From an uncultured Verrucomicrobiae bacterium (GTDB lineage Bacteria; Verrucomicrobiota; Verrucomicrobiia; Chthoniobacterales; JAFAMB01), in assembly GCA_963837955.1 (NCBI GenBank), contig CAWIPH010000002.1, positions 3,162,623 to 3,226,622 of the forward strand: a DNA stretch of 64,000 bases. The letters are read 5' to 3'. Both the position numbers and the translations under genes were made by a program. The notes below the pieces were generated by a model, which did no database searches, had not been told where the DNA came from, and worked only from the letters and a program-made list of their open reading frames with translations. This document shows positions 44,551 through 54,583 of this stretch, piece by piece; position 1 is the first letter of the stretch; the number at the start of each line of letters is the position of its first letter.

Positions 44551-45555
44551 TCAAGGTGGCGTGGCTGTGCGCCACTGGGCTCCCGCTCGCGGGTCGCGAA
44601 GACTATTAAGAAGGTCCATCAACGCATGCCGGTAGCTCGGAAATGGAGATACTTCGCCGGGGTTCTTCGGCGCGAGTTCCGAAGCGTGTTGGGGCAATTC
44701 CGCGTGCGGCACGCCGGAATGCCGGTGATGAACGCCGTGATAGGGCTCATGGAGCAGAGTGAAGGCGACGAACTGGCCGAGCGGCCCCTCTGACACAATG
44801 CTCCGGGTAGAGCTGTTTACAGTCGAGCCGGTGAGTCCGACGTGCTCGATGTATTTGCGCCAGCTCTGCATGTTCGCGGCCAGAAACGCAGGCGCCAGGT
44901 ACATCCACAGAAAATATTTCCATGCGCCCCACCACGTCACCGCCGCCAGGATACAAAACCACACACCAGCCATCAGGGCGAACTCCGCCCAAATTCGCCG
45001 GCGCAGCTTTTTGTTCCGAATCGGCGTACCGGTGCGGAGAAAAGTGCGTACGAACAAAAACGGCGTGTAAAACAAGCCGAGATTTAGTTCCAGAATTGCG
45101 GCCAGGACCCTGCCCCAGCGCGGCGTTCCAGGAATGACGAAGGGCCAGAGTTCTATGTCCCGTTCAGTGGCCAGATATGCGTGATGCAATTGGTGCGCCG
45201 CGCGGTAGAGGCTCAAGCTCATCAAGCTAAAGACCCCAATAATAATGCCATCAATTTCATTCAAGCGCCGGCTCTTTCGAAGCAGTCCATGAGATGCCTC
45301 ATGGAAGCCGATCAACATCCCGTGCATAAGGTGGCTGGCCGTTAACACTAGCGGCAAAGCTAACCAGATAGATCCAAAGTACAGGGCGGTACCCAGTGCA
45401 GCTTGATTGAGAAAGAAAACGGCGGCGAGGACTGGGAAAGCCGCACGGCTCACCCAATGGGGTTGTTGCGGTTCGAGCAACGTTTCTGTTGATGGCGTAG
45501 TATTCATCGCGTTCAGGTCATAAGGGCGGCGATCCGACTTTCTGGAGAGCGACAA
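44551..45555 (-). CDS. Membrane fatty-acid desaturase family protein (di-iron, three His boxes)
   Basis: 334-aa ORF with His boxes HEASHG, HQLHHAY and HGVHHRH separated by hydrophobic helices. The annotated start overlaps the upstream C-domain gene. An alternative ATG at 45507 removes the overlap. Confidence 0.85.
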   Translation of the reverse strand: MSLSRKSDRRPYDLNAMNTTPSTETLLEPQQPHWVSRAAFPVLAAVFFLNQAALGTALYFGSIWLALPLVLTASHLMHGMLIGFHEASHGLLRKSRRLNEIDGIIIGVFSLMSLSLYRAAHQLHHAYLATERDIELWPFVIPGTPRWGRVLAAILELNLGLFYTPFLFVRTFLRTGTPIRNKKLRRRIWAEFALMAGVWFCILAAVTWWGAWKYFLWMYLAPAFLAANMQSWRKYIEHVGLTGSTVNSSTRSIVSEGPLGQFVAFTLLHEPYHGVHHRHSGVPHAELPQHASELAPKNPGEVSPFPSYRHALMDLLNSLRDPRAGAQWRTATPP

Positions 45556-46862
45556 GTGCCTGCGAGCACAGCCTCGAACAGGTACGCTAAGTTTTTAATT
45601 TCCGCTAGAGGGAACAGTTTCGGTCGGAAAAGCCATACTACCTCCAATCCCTCCTCCACTACCGTGATTTCGCATCCCAGGTAAAAACGCGCTGTACCGG
45701 TCGAGCGCATCCGGAGCCGGGCGGACAGTCCGTGCACCGTTATGTCTGGCACAGGATGGTTTTGCAAGGCGAACCGCACTTCAAAAATGGGATTGTGCCC
45801 CGGTGCAGGCAAGTCTCCAAGCGCCGGTACGAGTTCAGCGAATGGCATGGCATTCGCGAAGGAATCCACGGTTGTTTGATGCACCGCCCTTAGGCTCGCG
45901 GAGAACGGACGGTCTACATCGACCTGGCCTCGGAGTGGCACAATACCGGCGCAGTACCCCATCGTTTCCCGCACGGCCTGCTTGGCTCGATTCGCTACGG
46001 GCGTACCAACCAGGATGTCCTTCTCGCCTGTCCATTGGGCGAGCGTGACCTGAAAGGCAGCCAGCAGTGCGTTGAAGAGCGTTGTGCCAGTGACGCGGGC
46101 CAGCTCTCGCGCGGCATCGGCCAGATCGACCGGCAGATGCGAAACCCATCGATCGGGCGCACTCGACCCGGTCTCGGGTCCTTCCAGGGAGTTCCAGAGC
46201 CGCCGGCTTCCCGCGAGATTGGATTTCCAGAAAGCGGCCCGTCGCTCCAATTCCGCCGGCTGCCAGAACGCGCGTTCGGCTGCTCCCCAAGCCGGGTAGG
46301 TGAGCGACAATGGCGGAAGCCCCTCGCGCAGACTCATGAGCCCTTGCACATAGGCAACACACAGATCCTGGACGAACACACCCAGCGTCCAGCCATCAGC
46401 AATGGCGTGATGAATCGCGAACACTAGCACGTGGTCATCGGCAGCTCGCCGGAGCCCCTCGGCCCGGTAAAGAGGTCCCTGCACCAGATCGAATGGCTCG
46501 CTGAAAATCTCTCTCGCCAGATCTTCGACCGCCTCTTCGTGCCTCTGCGTAGACGAAAGCTCGCGGAAACGGAAATTGGCTTCTCCGCCCTGGCGAATCA
46601 TCTGTAGCGGCCGATCTTTGCCGGGCAAGAAGGAGAGGCGCATAACCTCCTGCCGTTCTACCACTCGCTGAATCGCAGCCTCGCAGGCGTGTCGCGTAAT
46701 GACGCCCCGCATCTGGATAAGGCAGCAGATGTGGTTCGCTATATCCGTCACGGCTACCGGCGAGACCTCCCACAATTCCCGCTGGGGAAATGTCAGCGGT
46801 TGGAGGCTTGCTTTTCCGCTGGCCAGCCACTCTTTAAGAAGGGCGCGCTTGTCTCCTGACAT
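45513..46862 (-). CDS. Free-standing NRPS-type condensation (C) domain protein / PapA-like acyltransferase
   Basis: 449-aa ORF with the catalytic motif HHxxxDG in VLVFAIHHAIADGWTLGVF and the N-terminal block PLTFPQRELW. There are no A or T domains. It starts 18 nt after the PKS stop. Confidence 0.85.
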   Translation of the reverse strand: MSGDKRALLKEWLASGKASLQPLTFPQRELWEVSPVAVTDIANHICCLIQMRGVITRHACEAAIQRVVERQEVMRLSFLPGKDRPLQMIRQGGEANFRFRELSSTQRHEEAVEDLAREIFSEPFDLVQGPLYRAEGLRRAADDHVLVFAIHHAIADGWTLGVFVQDLCVAYVQGLMSLREGLPPLSLTYPAWGAAERAFWQPAELERRAAFWKSNLAGSRRLWNSLEGPETGSSAPDRWVSHLPVDLADAARELARVTGTTLFNALLAAFQVTLAQWTGEKDILVGTPVANRAKQAVRETMGYCAGIVPLRGQVDVDRPFSASLRAVHQTTVDSFANAMPFAELVPALGDLPAPGHNPIFEVRFALQNHPVPDITVHGLSARLRMRSTGTARFYLGCEITVVEEGLEVVWLFRPKLFPLAEIKNLAYLFEAVLAGTCRSPESRIAALMT

Positions 46863-46879
46863 GTGGATCTCGGGTTCGC

Positions 46880-49800
46880 TTAGCGCACGGCGTCCTGGGG
46901 ATCAGAAGCGTCATCCGAGGCCGAATCAAAGCGGAGCAATCCCTCAATTTCCTCGTCCGAAAGCGCTTCCAAATTCACGTCGTCGGTGGACGCCTCGTCC
47001 GGCGCCGCCGCGCGTGCTGTGGTTGGCGCGAGTCCCCCATCAACCCTCTTTGCGCCCATGTGCTCAGCGATCAATGAAACGATTTGAGCGATCGTGCGCG
47101 CCCGGATCAGGCTGGCTGATGGCAGCGCCACGCCGATTGCGCTTTCGATCGAGTTTTCGATCTCAACGCCCATCAGCGAATCGAGCCCCAACTCCGTGAG
47201 CGGCTGGTCGTCGCGTAGAGTTTCCGGCTTCACGCGCAGCACCGAGCCAACGACATCCCGCACCGCTTGCCTGATGATGCCCTCCAGCTCTTCCGGCTTG
47301 GCCGATTCGACCTTGAGGCGCCAGTCGCTCGTTGCACCGCTCGTCTCCTGGCTTTCAACGGATGCAAAAATGCGCTCGAGCAAAGGATTCTCCTGCATGC
47401 CGCGGAAAAACTGGCGCCATTTCGCCCAATCGACGCGGATCGCCATCACTTGCGTGACGCCTGCGGCCAGGGACGATTCCAAAAGTCCCATCACTTCCCT
47501 CGGTGAGAGTTCCGTCGTGCCCTGTCGCGCGAGGAATTCGGCGACGCGTTCATTGCGAGCCACATAACCCTCACCGCCGAGAACACCCCAATTGACCGTG
47601 AGCGCTGGGAGGCCCAATGCGCGGCGGTGATGGGCCAGCGAGTCGAGGAAAGCGTTGGCAGCGCCGTAACTGCCCTGTGCCGGATTGCCAAAGATGCTCG
47701 AGACGGATGAGAACATCACGAAGCAGTCAAGTTCGAGATCTCGGGTGCCTTCGTGCAGCAACCACGCTCCATGCGCCTTGGGTGCCATCACGCTGCGGAC
47801 CCGCTCGCGGGTAAGCGAAACGAGTGGCGCATCGTCGATTACCATCGCCAGATGGAACAAGCCCCGCAGCGGTTGATCGCCTGAACGAATCTCCCCGATG
47901 AGTCGCGCGACGTCCTGTGATGAGCCGATATCCGCCCGCACCACTCTCACATCGACGCCGACCTTGCGAAGGCTTTGCACAAACGCCTCTGCTTCGGGCG
48001 TGGCTCCGCCGGTCCGGCTGGTAAGCACGAGATGGCGGGCGCCGCTGTCGACCAGCCATTGCGCCAGCACTTTCCCGAAACCGCCAAACGCCCCAGTGAT
48101 TAAGTAACACCCGTCCGGATTGATCGCGAAAGCCGGCCGAAGCGGTTCTCCACGCTGGGGAAGGAACGCTTCGGGAAACGCTACGACGACTTTACCGATG
48201 TGTTTGCCCTGCGCCATCAACCGAAACGCTGCGTCAACCCGGTAGGCGGGAAACGAACGGAACGGGAGCGGACCGAGCGCGCCCTGTTCGATGAGTCCGG
48301 AGATTTCCTCCAGTATTTTTCGGGTCAATGCCTCATCACCCGAGAAGACCGCATCCATCGCGATGACGTGAAATGACGCATTGCGGCGGAGGGGCCAGAG
48401 CGGGATCCGGGCATTCTGATAGATATCGCGTTTGCCGATCTCGATGAAGCGGCCGAATTCTGCGAGACATGAAAGTCCCATCGGAATTGCTTCGGCGGCG
48501 AGCGCATTCAAGACCACGTCCACGCCCCGCCTGCTGGTCAATTCCATTACGGCGTCTACAAAATCAGCACGTCGCGAATCAATCACGTGTTTTACTCCCA
48601 GCGTTTCCAGCAGCGCGCGCTTGGCCGGACTGCCGGCGGTGGCGATGACCTCCGCCCCGAGATAGTGCGCGATCTGGATGGCAGCCATACCAACGCCACC
48701 CGCACCAGCGTGGACGAGAACTCGCTCACCTTTCCGCACCCGCGCGATATTCAACAGCGCATGCCACGCGGTCATGAAAACTACGGGTAACGTAGCCGCC
48801 TGCTCAAACGATAGTCCACCAGGAATGCGGCGTACGTCACCGCCTCTCGCCAGTGTAAGCGAAGCGAGCCCGAACGCGGCGAGGCCAAAGACTCGGTCTC
48901 CGGGTATGACATGTTCCACTCCGGAGCCGACCGCTTTCACCACGCCAGCCACCTCGTCGCCGAAGATCCGAGCATCCGGCGCTTCGCCGGGATACAGTGC
49001 GAGCGCCTTGAGCACGTCGCGGAAATTCATTCCCGCCGCTTTCACTTCGATCAGCACTTCGCCGGCACCGCAGGCCGGCAGCGCGAAAGGCACGAAGCGC
49101 AGGGCGTCGAGATGCCCGCGCTCGCGGGACACGAGTCGCAGCGGCACCGCCGGATCGAGTAATTCCTCGCGCGAAGACCGACCACGAACGAGGCGCTGAA
49201 CGTATCGGGCTTCGCCCCGGAACGCAATTTCACGCTCGGCATCCTCGCGCAGCAGCTCGCTCCAAAGCAAGGACTGGTCAGATGCCGAAGGTTCGGGTGG
49301 CAGATCGATCTCGCGGCCCAAGAAATTTGGGTACTCGTTCCGGATGACGCGCATCAACCCGAGGAGGGGTGATTGCGCTACGCTGGTCGTATTCATCCCA
49401 CGTCCCGCCGGCTGAGCTCCGCGCGTCACCAAATCGATGCGCCGTTTTGCAGGTTCTTTGATATCTTCCGTCGCCTGGATCAGATGGAGCAACGCATCGG
49501 TGCCCATTAGCGCAGCATCTCCGGCGGCGTCTGGCCGCGGCTCGTCCAAACTCCACAGGTAAACAAAACGTTCCGGTGGAGCGTCGTCAGCGTATTCGTG
49601 AAGGAGCTGCTTCCAGTCGTCGAGCACCTCTGCCCGCAAAGTGAATGTGTCCGTCCCCTCCAGTGCAAAATGGTCGCCCCGTCGGGCGACACGGCAGCGG
49701 ACGCCCAAGGCGTGCAATTGCGAAGCCAACCCGTCACCAAGACCGGAGGCGTCCGCGAAAATGAGCCATGACTTCTCCGCCGGCACCTCCAAGGGTGTCT

Positions 49801-52800
49801 CCGCTGAAGGAGAGACAGCGGCGGCAGAATCGTGCCAGGACTTGCGCGCGAGGAGACCGATCTGGCCTTCGCCTTCCGGAGCGACCAGTCCTGGCAGTGA
49901 AGCGGTCTCTTCGAAGCCCGTCTCCCGTAAGACGACCTCCCATTGAGAGCGCTCCAACAAAGGATGGAGCGGACGCAAATCGCGATCGGTAAACCGCCAC
50001 CAGCCGGTCGTGAGACCGAACACTACTTCCGTCCATAACTGTGGACTAGCGACGTCCATGAATACTAGGTTCCCGCCTGGCGCCAACAGTTCGTGAATAT
50101 GTCTCAGCGTTGAACGCAAATCGCTCACCGCATGTAGCACATTGGTGCCGATGATGAAATCGAATGCCCCAGCTTCGAAGCCTTGCTCGACGCCTGGTTT
50201 TTCGAGATCAAGGATTTTGTATTCCACTTCAGGAAAGCCGGCCAGCTTCTGCATGGCGCCGCTAAAAAATGCCGCAGAGACATCACTGAAGGTATAGGAA
50301 TGTAAATCGCGTTCGATCAGCGGCAGCACGTGCGAGGCTAGTCCACCGGTGCCAGCCCCAACCTCCAGGATGCGCAGTCCGCGGCCCTCTGGCAGATGGC
50401 GGGCTGCTTCCTGCACCGCTGCAGCGATCGCCGCGAGCCAGTGGCTTGTGTAGAGGCCCTCGCCATAGAACTGGTCCAGTAACTCCGCTGAGGTCCCGCC
50501 GAACAGCACCTGGACAGCATCCTTCTCACCACGCAGGATAGGACCGAGTTCGGCGCAGTTCGCGGCGCAGAGGAGGCCCTCGGACAAATGTCCGGAATGA
50601 GTGGAGATGAATGACCGCAGGCTTTTCTGGGCGGAGTTTGCCGCGCTCGTAAAGGAAGGCGTTAGCCGGTAACTGTCGTCTTCTCTTATGAGCCAGCCCC
50701 GTTTCACGAGGCTCGCGGTTAAACGCTCGAACACAGGTCGCATCGGTTCTGCCACCCGCAGAGAATCGGCCGTGAAGCCTTCGCTTAGCGCCGCCAGAGC
50801 TATCATTTTCTGGAGACCACGGGCGAGTTGCGCCGCAGCGAGGTCATCTCCGGCTTCCATGGCATTCTGAAGCTCGGTCCGGCCTCGCGTGGCGATCACC
50901 TGCTCCATTGCATCCTGCGCCGCGCCGCGCATGCGGTCCAACGATACTGGTGATCGATATGCAGGGCGCGACGCTGCCGGCGTTCGCTCCCACAGGAGAT
51001 GATAAAGAACATTATGGTTTCCTCCCGTCGCGCCGGATCGGCGCGCCCCCGAGACGCTGATCGCCCGGAAACCATCCACCAGCACACAAGGCCTTCCTGC
51101 CTCATCATACAATTCAATCTTGCCTTCGAGGTACTCGCTATTCCACTGCTGCACAGCGGCGCGAACGAGACTGGAGGCTCCCGGCGAGCGTAGAAACAGA
51201 ATCTTGGCAAAGCGCACCGGTAGTTTTAGTTGAGCCTTGCGACCCTCTACCGTCGCGGCTCCTGCCGAAAGGATTTGCATCGCTCCGTCGAACAGAACGG
51301 GATGGAGCGGATACTCACCCGCTCGATGAGCAATCGCGTCGGACAACGAAACCCGGCCCGCCGACTTGCCATCGCCAGCCGAGAGCTCGCGGATGGGTCG
51401 GAACTCATCGCCGTAGCGAAGTCCCATGTCACTCATGTGGCGATAGAAGCCCTCCACCTCTACCGGCGCGACGCCAGCCGCCGCTTTGCGTTCCCAGGGT
51501 GACGACGCAAAGCCCGATTCGGTGCGCTCGCCACGCATCGAGCCTACGACATGCAGTGACCAGGCAGCGCCTTGGTCGAACCTGCTCTGGATCAAGAAAG
51601 TGCGCTCATTCGGATTATAGGAAAACTCGACGTGAAGCCCCGAAACGGAATCCGGCAAAATGAGCGGCTTGCGAATCTCAAAGTCCTCGACGACAAAAGG
51701 CCGGCCCTCGAAGAGCTGCACGCCCGCTTCCAGTGCCATTTCGACAAAGGCCGCTGCTGGAAACACGACTAAATTCTCGACCCTGTGATCCTTCAGAAAG
51801 GCCATGTGCCGGGCATCAAGCCGCGCGATCCAGGTTGGCGTGGCCCAAGGCAGTCGGACATCGAGCAATCCGCGACCACCGGAACCCAGACGGCCCTCGC
51901 GCCAGTCGCTGGACTCATGCCACCAGCGGCTCTTGTCCCAGGCGTAAGTCGGGAGTGAGAGCAGCCGCCGGGATGGCGTCATCCTCGCGAAATCCAACGG
52001 GACGCAGGAGCGGTGCAGCTCCATCGCGGTCTCGAGCACCGATTCGTGCTCGCGTTCCCGGCGTGCGGAACACATCACCGGTGCTTTGCCGCCCCGCCCA
52101 GCGAGGCATTCCTGAATCGAATGAATCAACGCCGGGTGCGCGCTGATTTCCAACCAAACGTCCACCCCGAAGTCCGACACCGCGTTGACGGCAGACGCGA
52201 ATTGCACCGACTGGCGCACTCCACGTCCCCAGTGAGCCGCGTTGCACTCCTGTCCGGCGCACCGCAGGCCAGTCACCGTGCTGAAAAACGGCACCCCTTC
52301 TCCCTGCGGCTTGAGATCGTCCAACGCTTCTTCCAGGGCCTCGGAAGCAGGCTGCATCAACGGGTGATGAAACGGGTGGTCTACCCGCACGAGTCTTGCG
52401 AAAACCCCTTGGAGTTCCAGCTCGGCGGCTATCGCCTCAAGTGATAGCCGGGAACCTGCCAGCGTCAACGAGCGAGGTCCGTTGAACGCCGCGATCGTCA
52501 GCGTGCGGTCATGCCGGGCAATCAGCGCCTGCGCTCCGTCCTCGTCCAGACCGACCGCGAGCATCGTTCCTTCACCCCGCGCACAGTCATCCATGAATCG
52601 GGCGCGCAACACGATCACCCGCGCTGCTTCCTCCAAAGTGAACACTCCCGCGACGCACGCCGCTGCCACTTCTCCAACACTATGGCCAACGATTGCAGCC
52701 GGCTGAACGCCCCAGGATTTCCACAATTCCGTTAGCGCCACCTGCATCGCAAAAATGGCTGGCTGCGCGATTTCGGTTCGATGCATTTGTGAGGCCTCTT

Positions 52801-54583
52801 CCGAGCGGCCGAGTTCCTCCAGCAGCGAGAACCGCGCCCATGGCCGCATCGCGGCATCGCACCGCTCGATGCTTTGTCGGAATACGGGCTCGTATTGCAT
52901 GAGCTCAGCGCCCATACCCCACCACTGTGGGCCTTGGCCGCTCATGACAAAAGCGACTCGCGGCGCTTGCTCCGGGCTCGGCGCGAAGGCCATGCGCACC
53001 TTCGAGCCCTTCTCTCCCCCTACGTAGGCGTTAAGCTCCTCGACGACCTCTCCCATCGAATGGGCAATGAGGGTGAGCCGATATGGGTGATGATTGCGCT
53101 TGGCCCCAAGGGTGTAAGCCAGATCCGGCAGCACCGGCGAACTGCCATTCGCCTTGGACCGCTCATCTGACCAGGCGCTCAACCGCGATGCCGAGGAGCG
53201 CAGAGCTTCCTCGGATCGGGCGGAAAGAACCAATGGCCACGCGCGCTCTGAGTGGGTGCCTACATGCTCCGGCTGGGGGCGCGGCGGTGCCTCCGTGAGA
53301 AGGACGTGGGCATTCGCACCACCAAAACCAAACGAGTTAACGCCCGCTATGCGTACGTCGCCGCCGGTCTCCGGAAAGGGCTCCAGGGCGACGGGCACGC
53401 GGAGTTTCAGGGCAGCGAAGTCGATGTTTGGGTTGGGTATCTCAAAGTGTAAGCTGGGCGGAATGCGCCGGTGTTTCAGTACCAGCAGCGCTTTGACCAA
53501 ACCGGCGACGCCCGCTGCGGTCTCCAGGTGGCCGAGGTTCGTCTTTACTGACCCAATGAGGAGAGGTGCATCCGCCGGGCGGTCTTCGCAGAGAGCTGCC
53601 GCGAGGGCGTGGGCTTCGATCGGATCACCGACCGCCGTGCCAGTGCCATGGGCCTCGACAAATCCGATTTGAGACGGAGCAACGCCGGCGTCGATGCATG
53701 CGTCACGCACAAGCCGCGCTTGCGCCTCAGCGCTGGGAAGCGAGATCCCGTTGGTGTGGCCGTCTTGGTTAAGAGCCGTTCCAATGATTACCCCATGGAT
53801 CGGGTCGCCGTCCGCAAGCGCTTGAGAGAGCCGCTTGAGGAGCACCATGCCAGCTCCTTCGCCGCGGACGAAACCGTCGGCCGACGCGTCGAAGGCCTTA
53901 CACCGGCCCTCCGGGGACAGCATCGAGGCCCGAGAAAAGCCGATAAATCCGCCGGGCGTAATCATGACGGTGACGCCACCCGCCAGCGCCACATCGCCGC
54001 GGCCCGCCCTAATGTGTTCGCACGCCGCATGCACCGCCGTTAGCGCAGACGAACACGCAGTATCCATCGCAACGCTCGGCCCGCGTAGATTGAAGCAGTA
54101 GGAGACGCGGTTGGCGGCAATACTGTGTGCGCAGCCGGTGGGCGAGTGCGGACCGATGCCGGAATGCTCCCAAGGAGTGCCCTGAATCGCCTGATAATCA
54201 TTGTGAGAAATTCCGACGAAAACCCCGACGTCAGTCCCCCGTTCGAGATCGAGCACGAGGCCCGCATCCTCAATAGCCTCCCAAGCTGTCTCCAACAGCA
54301 ATCGGTGCTGCGGATCCACGTAGGGCGCCTCCCGTGGCGAGATCCCAAAAAACTGCGGGTCGAACTGATCAATCCCCTCCAAAAATCCGCCGCGCCGAGC
54401 GATCGACTTGCCCGGCAGGCCCAACTCCGCATCGAAAAATCGGTCGACATTCCAGCGGTCGGCCGGCACTTCACCGACCGCCTCGCGGCCCTCCACGAGG
54501 AGTTTCCAGAATGATCCTGTGTCATTTACTCCGCCGGGAAAACGGCAGCCGATTCCGATGACGGCGATACGATCCTTATGCAT
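46880..54583 (-). CDS. Single-module, fully reducing type I polyketide synthase: KS-AT-DH-cMT-(psiKR)-ER-KR-ACP, no thioesterase
   Basis: 2567-aa ORF. KS (nt ~53294-54583): DTACSS, HGTGT, GHLETAAG. AT (~52064-52966): GHSVGE, HPFH. DH (~51044-51916): HRVENLVVFP and LHPVLFDGAMQ. C-methyltransferase (~49904-50596): LRILEVGAGTGGL. ER (~48179-49141): LVHAGAGGVGMAAIQ. KR (~47564-48121): YLITGAFGGFGKVLA and SYGAANAFLD. ACP (~47069-47296): LGLDSLMGVE, with the Ser codon at 47177-47179. An acidic C-terminal tail follows. Confidence 0.95.
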   Translation of the reverse strand: MHKDRIAVIGIGCRFPGGVNDTGSFWKLLVEGREAVGEVPADRWNVDRFFDAELGLPGKSIARRGGFLEGIDQFDPQFFGISPREAPYVDPQHRLLLETAWEAIEDAGLVLDLERGTDVGVFVGISHNDYQAIQGTPWEHSGIGPHSPTGCAHSIAANRVSYCFNLRGPSVAMDTACSSALTAVHAACEHIRAGRGDVALAGGVTVMITPGGFIGFSRASMLSPEGRCKAFDASADGFVRGEGAGMVLLKRLSQALADGDPIHGVIIGTALNQDGHTNGISLPSAEAQARLVRDACIDAGVAPSQIGFVEAHGTGTAVGDPIEAHALAAALCEDRPADAPLLIGSVKTNLGHLETAAGVAGLVKALLVLKHRRIPPSLHFEIPNPNIDFAALKLRVPVALEPFPETGGDVRIAGVNSFGFGGANAHVLLTEAPPRPQPEHVGTHSERAWPLVLSARSEEALRSSASRLSAWSDERSKANGSSPVLPDLAYTLGAKRNHHPYRLTLIAHSMGEVVEELNAYVGGEKGSKVRMAFAPSPEQAPRVAFVMSGQGPQWWGMGAELMQYEPVFRQSIERCDAAMRPWARFSLLEELGRSEEASQMHRTEIAQPAIFAMQVALTELWKSWGVQPAAIVGHSVGEVAAACVAGVFTLEEAARVIVLRARFMDDCARGEGTMLAVGLDEDGAQALIARHDRTLTIAAFNGPRSLTLAGSRLSLEAIAAELELQGVFARLVRVDHPFHHPLMQPASEALEEALDDLKPQGEGVPFFSTVTGLRCAGQECNAAHWGRGVRQSVQFASAVNAVSDFGVDVWLEISAHPALIHSIQECLAGRGGKAPVMCSARREREHESVLETAMELHRSCVPLDFARMTPSRRLLSLPTYAWDKSRWWHESSDWREGRLGSGGRGLLDVRLPWATPTWIARLDARHMAFLKDHRVENLVVFPAAAFVEMALEAGVQLFEGRPFVVEDFEIRKPLILPDSVSGLHVEFSYNPNERTFLIQSRFDQGAAWSLHVVGSMRGERTESGFASSPWERKAAAGVAPVEVEGFYRHMSDMGLRYGDEFRPIRELSAGDGKSAGRVSLSDAIAHRAGEYPLHPVLFDGAMQILSAGAATVEGRKAQLKLPVRFAKILFLRSPGASSLVRAAVQQWNSEYLEGKIELYDEAGRPCVLVDGFRAISVSGARRSGATGGNHNVLYHLLWERTPAASRPAYRSPVSLDRMRGAAQDAMEQVIATRGRTELQNAMEAGDDLAAAQLARGLQKMIALAALSEGFTADSLRVAEPMRPVFERLTASLVKRGWLIREDDSYRLTPSFTSAANSAQKSLRSFISTHSGHLSEGLLCAANCAELGPILRGEKDAVQVLFGGTSAELLDQFYGEGLYTSHWLAAIAAAVQEAARHLPEGRGLRILEVGAGTGGLASHVLPLIERDLHSYTFSDVSAAFFSGAMQKLAGFPEVEYKILDLEKPGVEQGFEAGAFDFIIGTNVLHAVSDLRSTLRHIHELLAPGGNLVFMDVASPQLWTEVVFGLTTGWWRFTDRDLRPLHPLLERSQWEVVLRETGFEETASLPGLVAPEGEGQIGLLARKSWHDSAAAVSPSAETPLEVPAEKSWLIFADASGLGDGLASQLHALGVRCRVARRGDHFALEGTDTFTLRAEVLDDWKQLLHEYADDAPPERFVYLWSLDEPRPDAAGDAALMGTDALLHLIQATEDIKEPAKRRIDLVTRGAQPAGRGMNTTSVAQSPLLGLMRVIRNEYPNFLGREIDLPPEPSASDQSLLWSELLREDAEREIAFRGEARYVQRLVRGRSSREELLDPAVPLRLVSRERGHLDALRFVPFALPACGAGEVLIEVKAAGMNFRDVLKALALYPGEAPDARIFGDEVAGVVKAVGSGVEHVIPGDRVFGLAAFGLASLTLARGGDVRRIPGGLSFEQAATLPVVFMTAWHALLNIARVRKGERVLVHAGAGGVGMAAIQIAHYLGAEVIATAGSPAKRALLETLGVKHVIDSRRADFVDAVMELTSRRGVDVVLNALAAEAIPMGLSCLAEFGRFIEIGKRDIYQNARIPLWPLRRNASFHVIAMDAVFSGDEALTRKILEEISGLIEQGALGPLPFRSFPAYRVDAAFRLMAQGKHIGKVVVAFPEAFLPQRGEPLRPAFAINPDGCYLITGAFGGFGKVLAQWLVDSGARHLVLTSRTGGATPEAEAFVQSLRKVGVDVRVVRADIGSSQDVARLIGEIRSGDQPLRGLFHLAMVIDDAPLVSLTRERVRSVMAPKAHGAWLLHEGTRDLELDCFVMFSSVSSIFGNPAQGSYGAANAFLDSLAHHRRALGLPALTVNWGVLGGEGYVARNERVAEFLARQGTTELSPREVMGLLESSLAAGVTQVMAIRVDWAKWRQFFRGMQENPLLERIFASVESQETSGATSDWRLKVESAKPEELEGIIRQAVRDVVGSVLRVKPETLRDDQPLTELGLDSLMGVEIENSIESAIGVALPSASLIRARTIAQIVSLIAEHMGAKRVDGGLAPTTARAAAPDEASTDDVNLEALSDEEIEGLLRFDSASDDASDPQDAVR

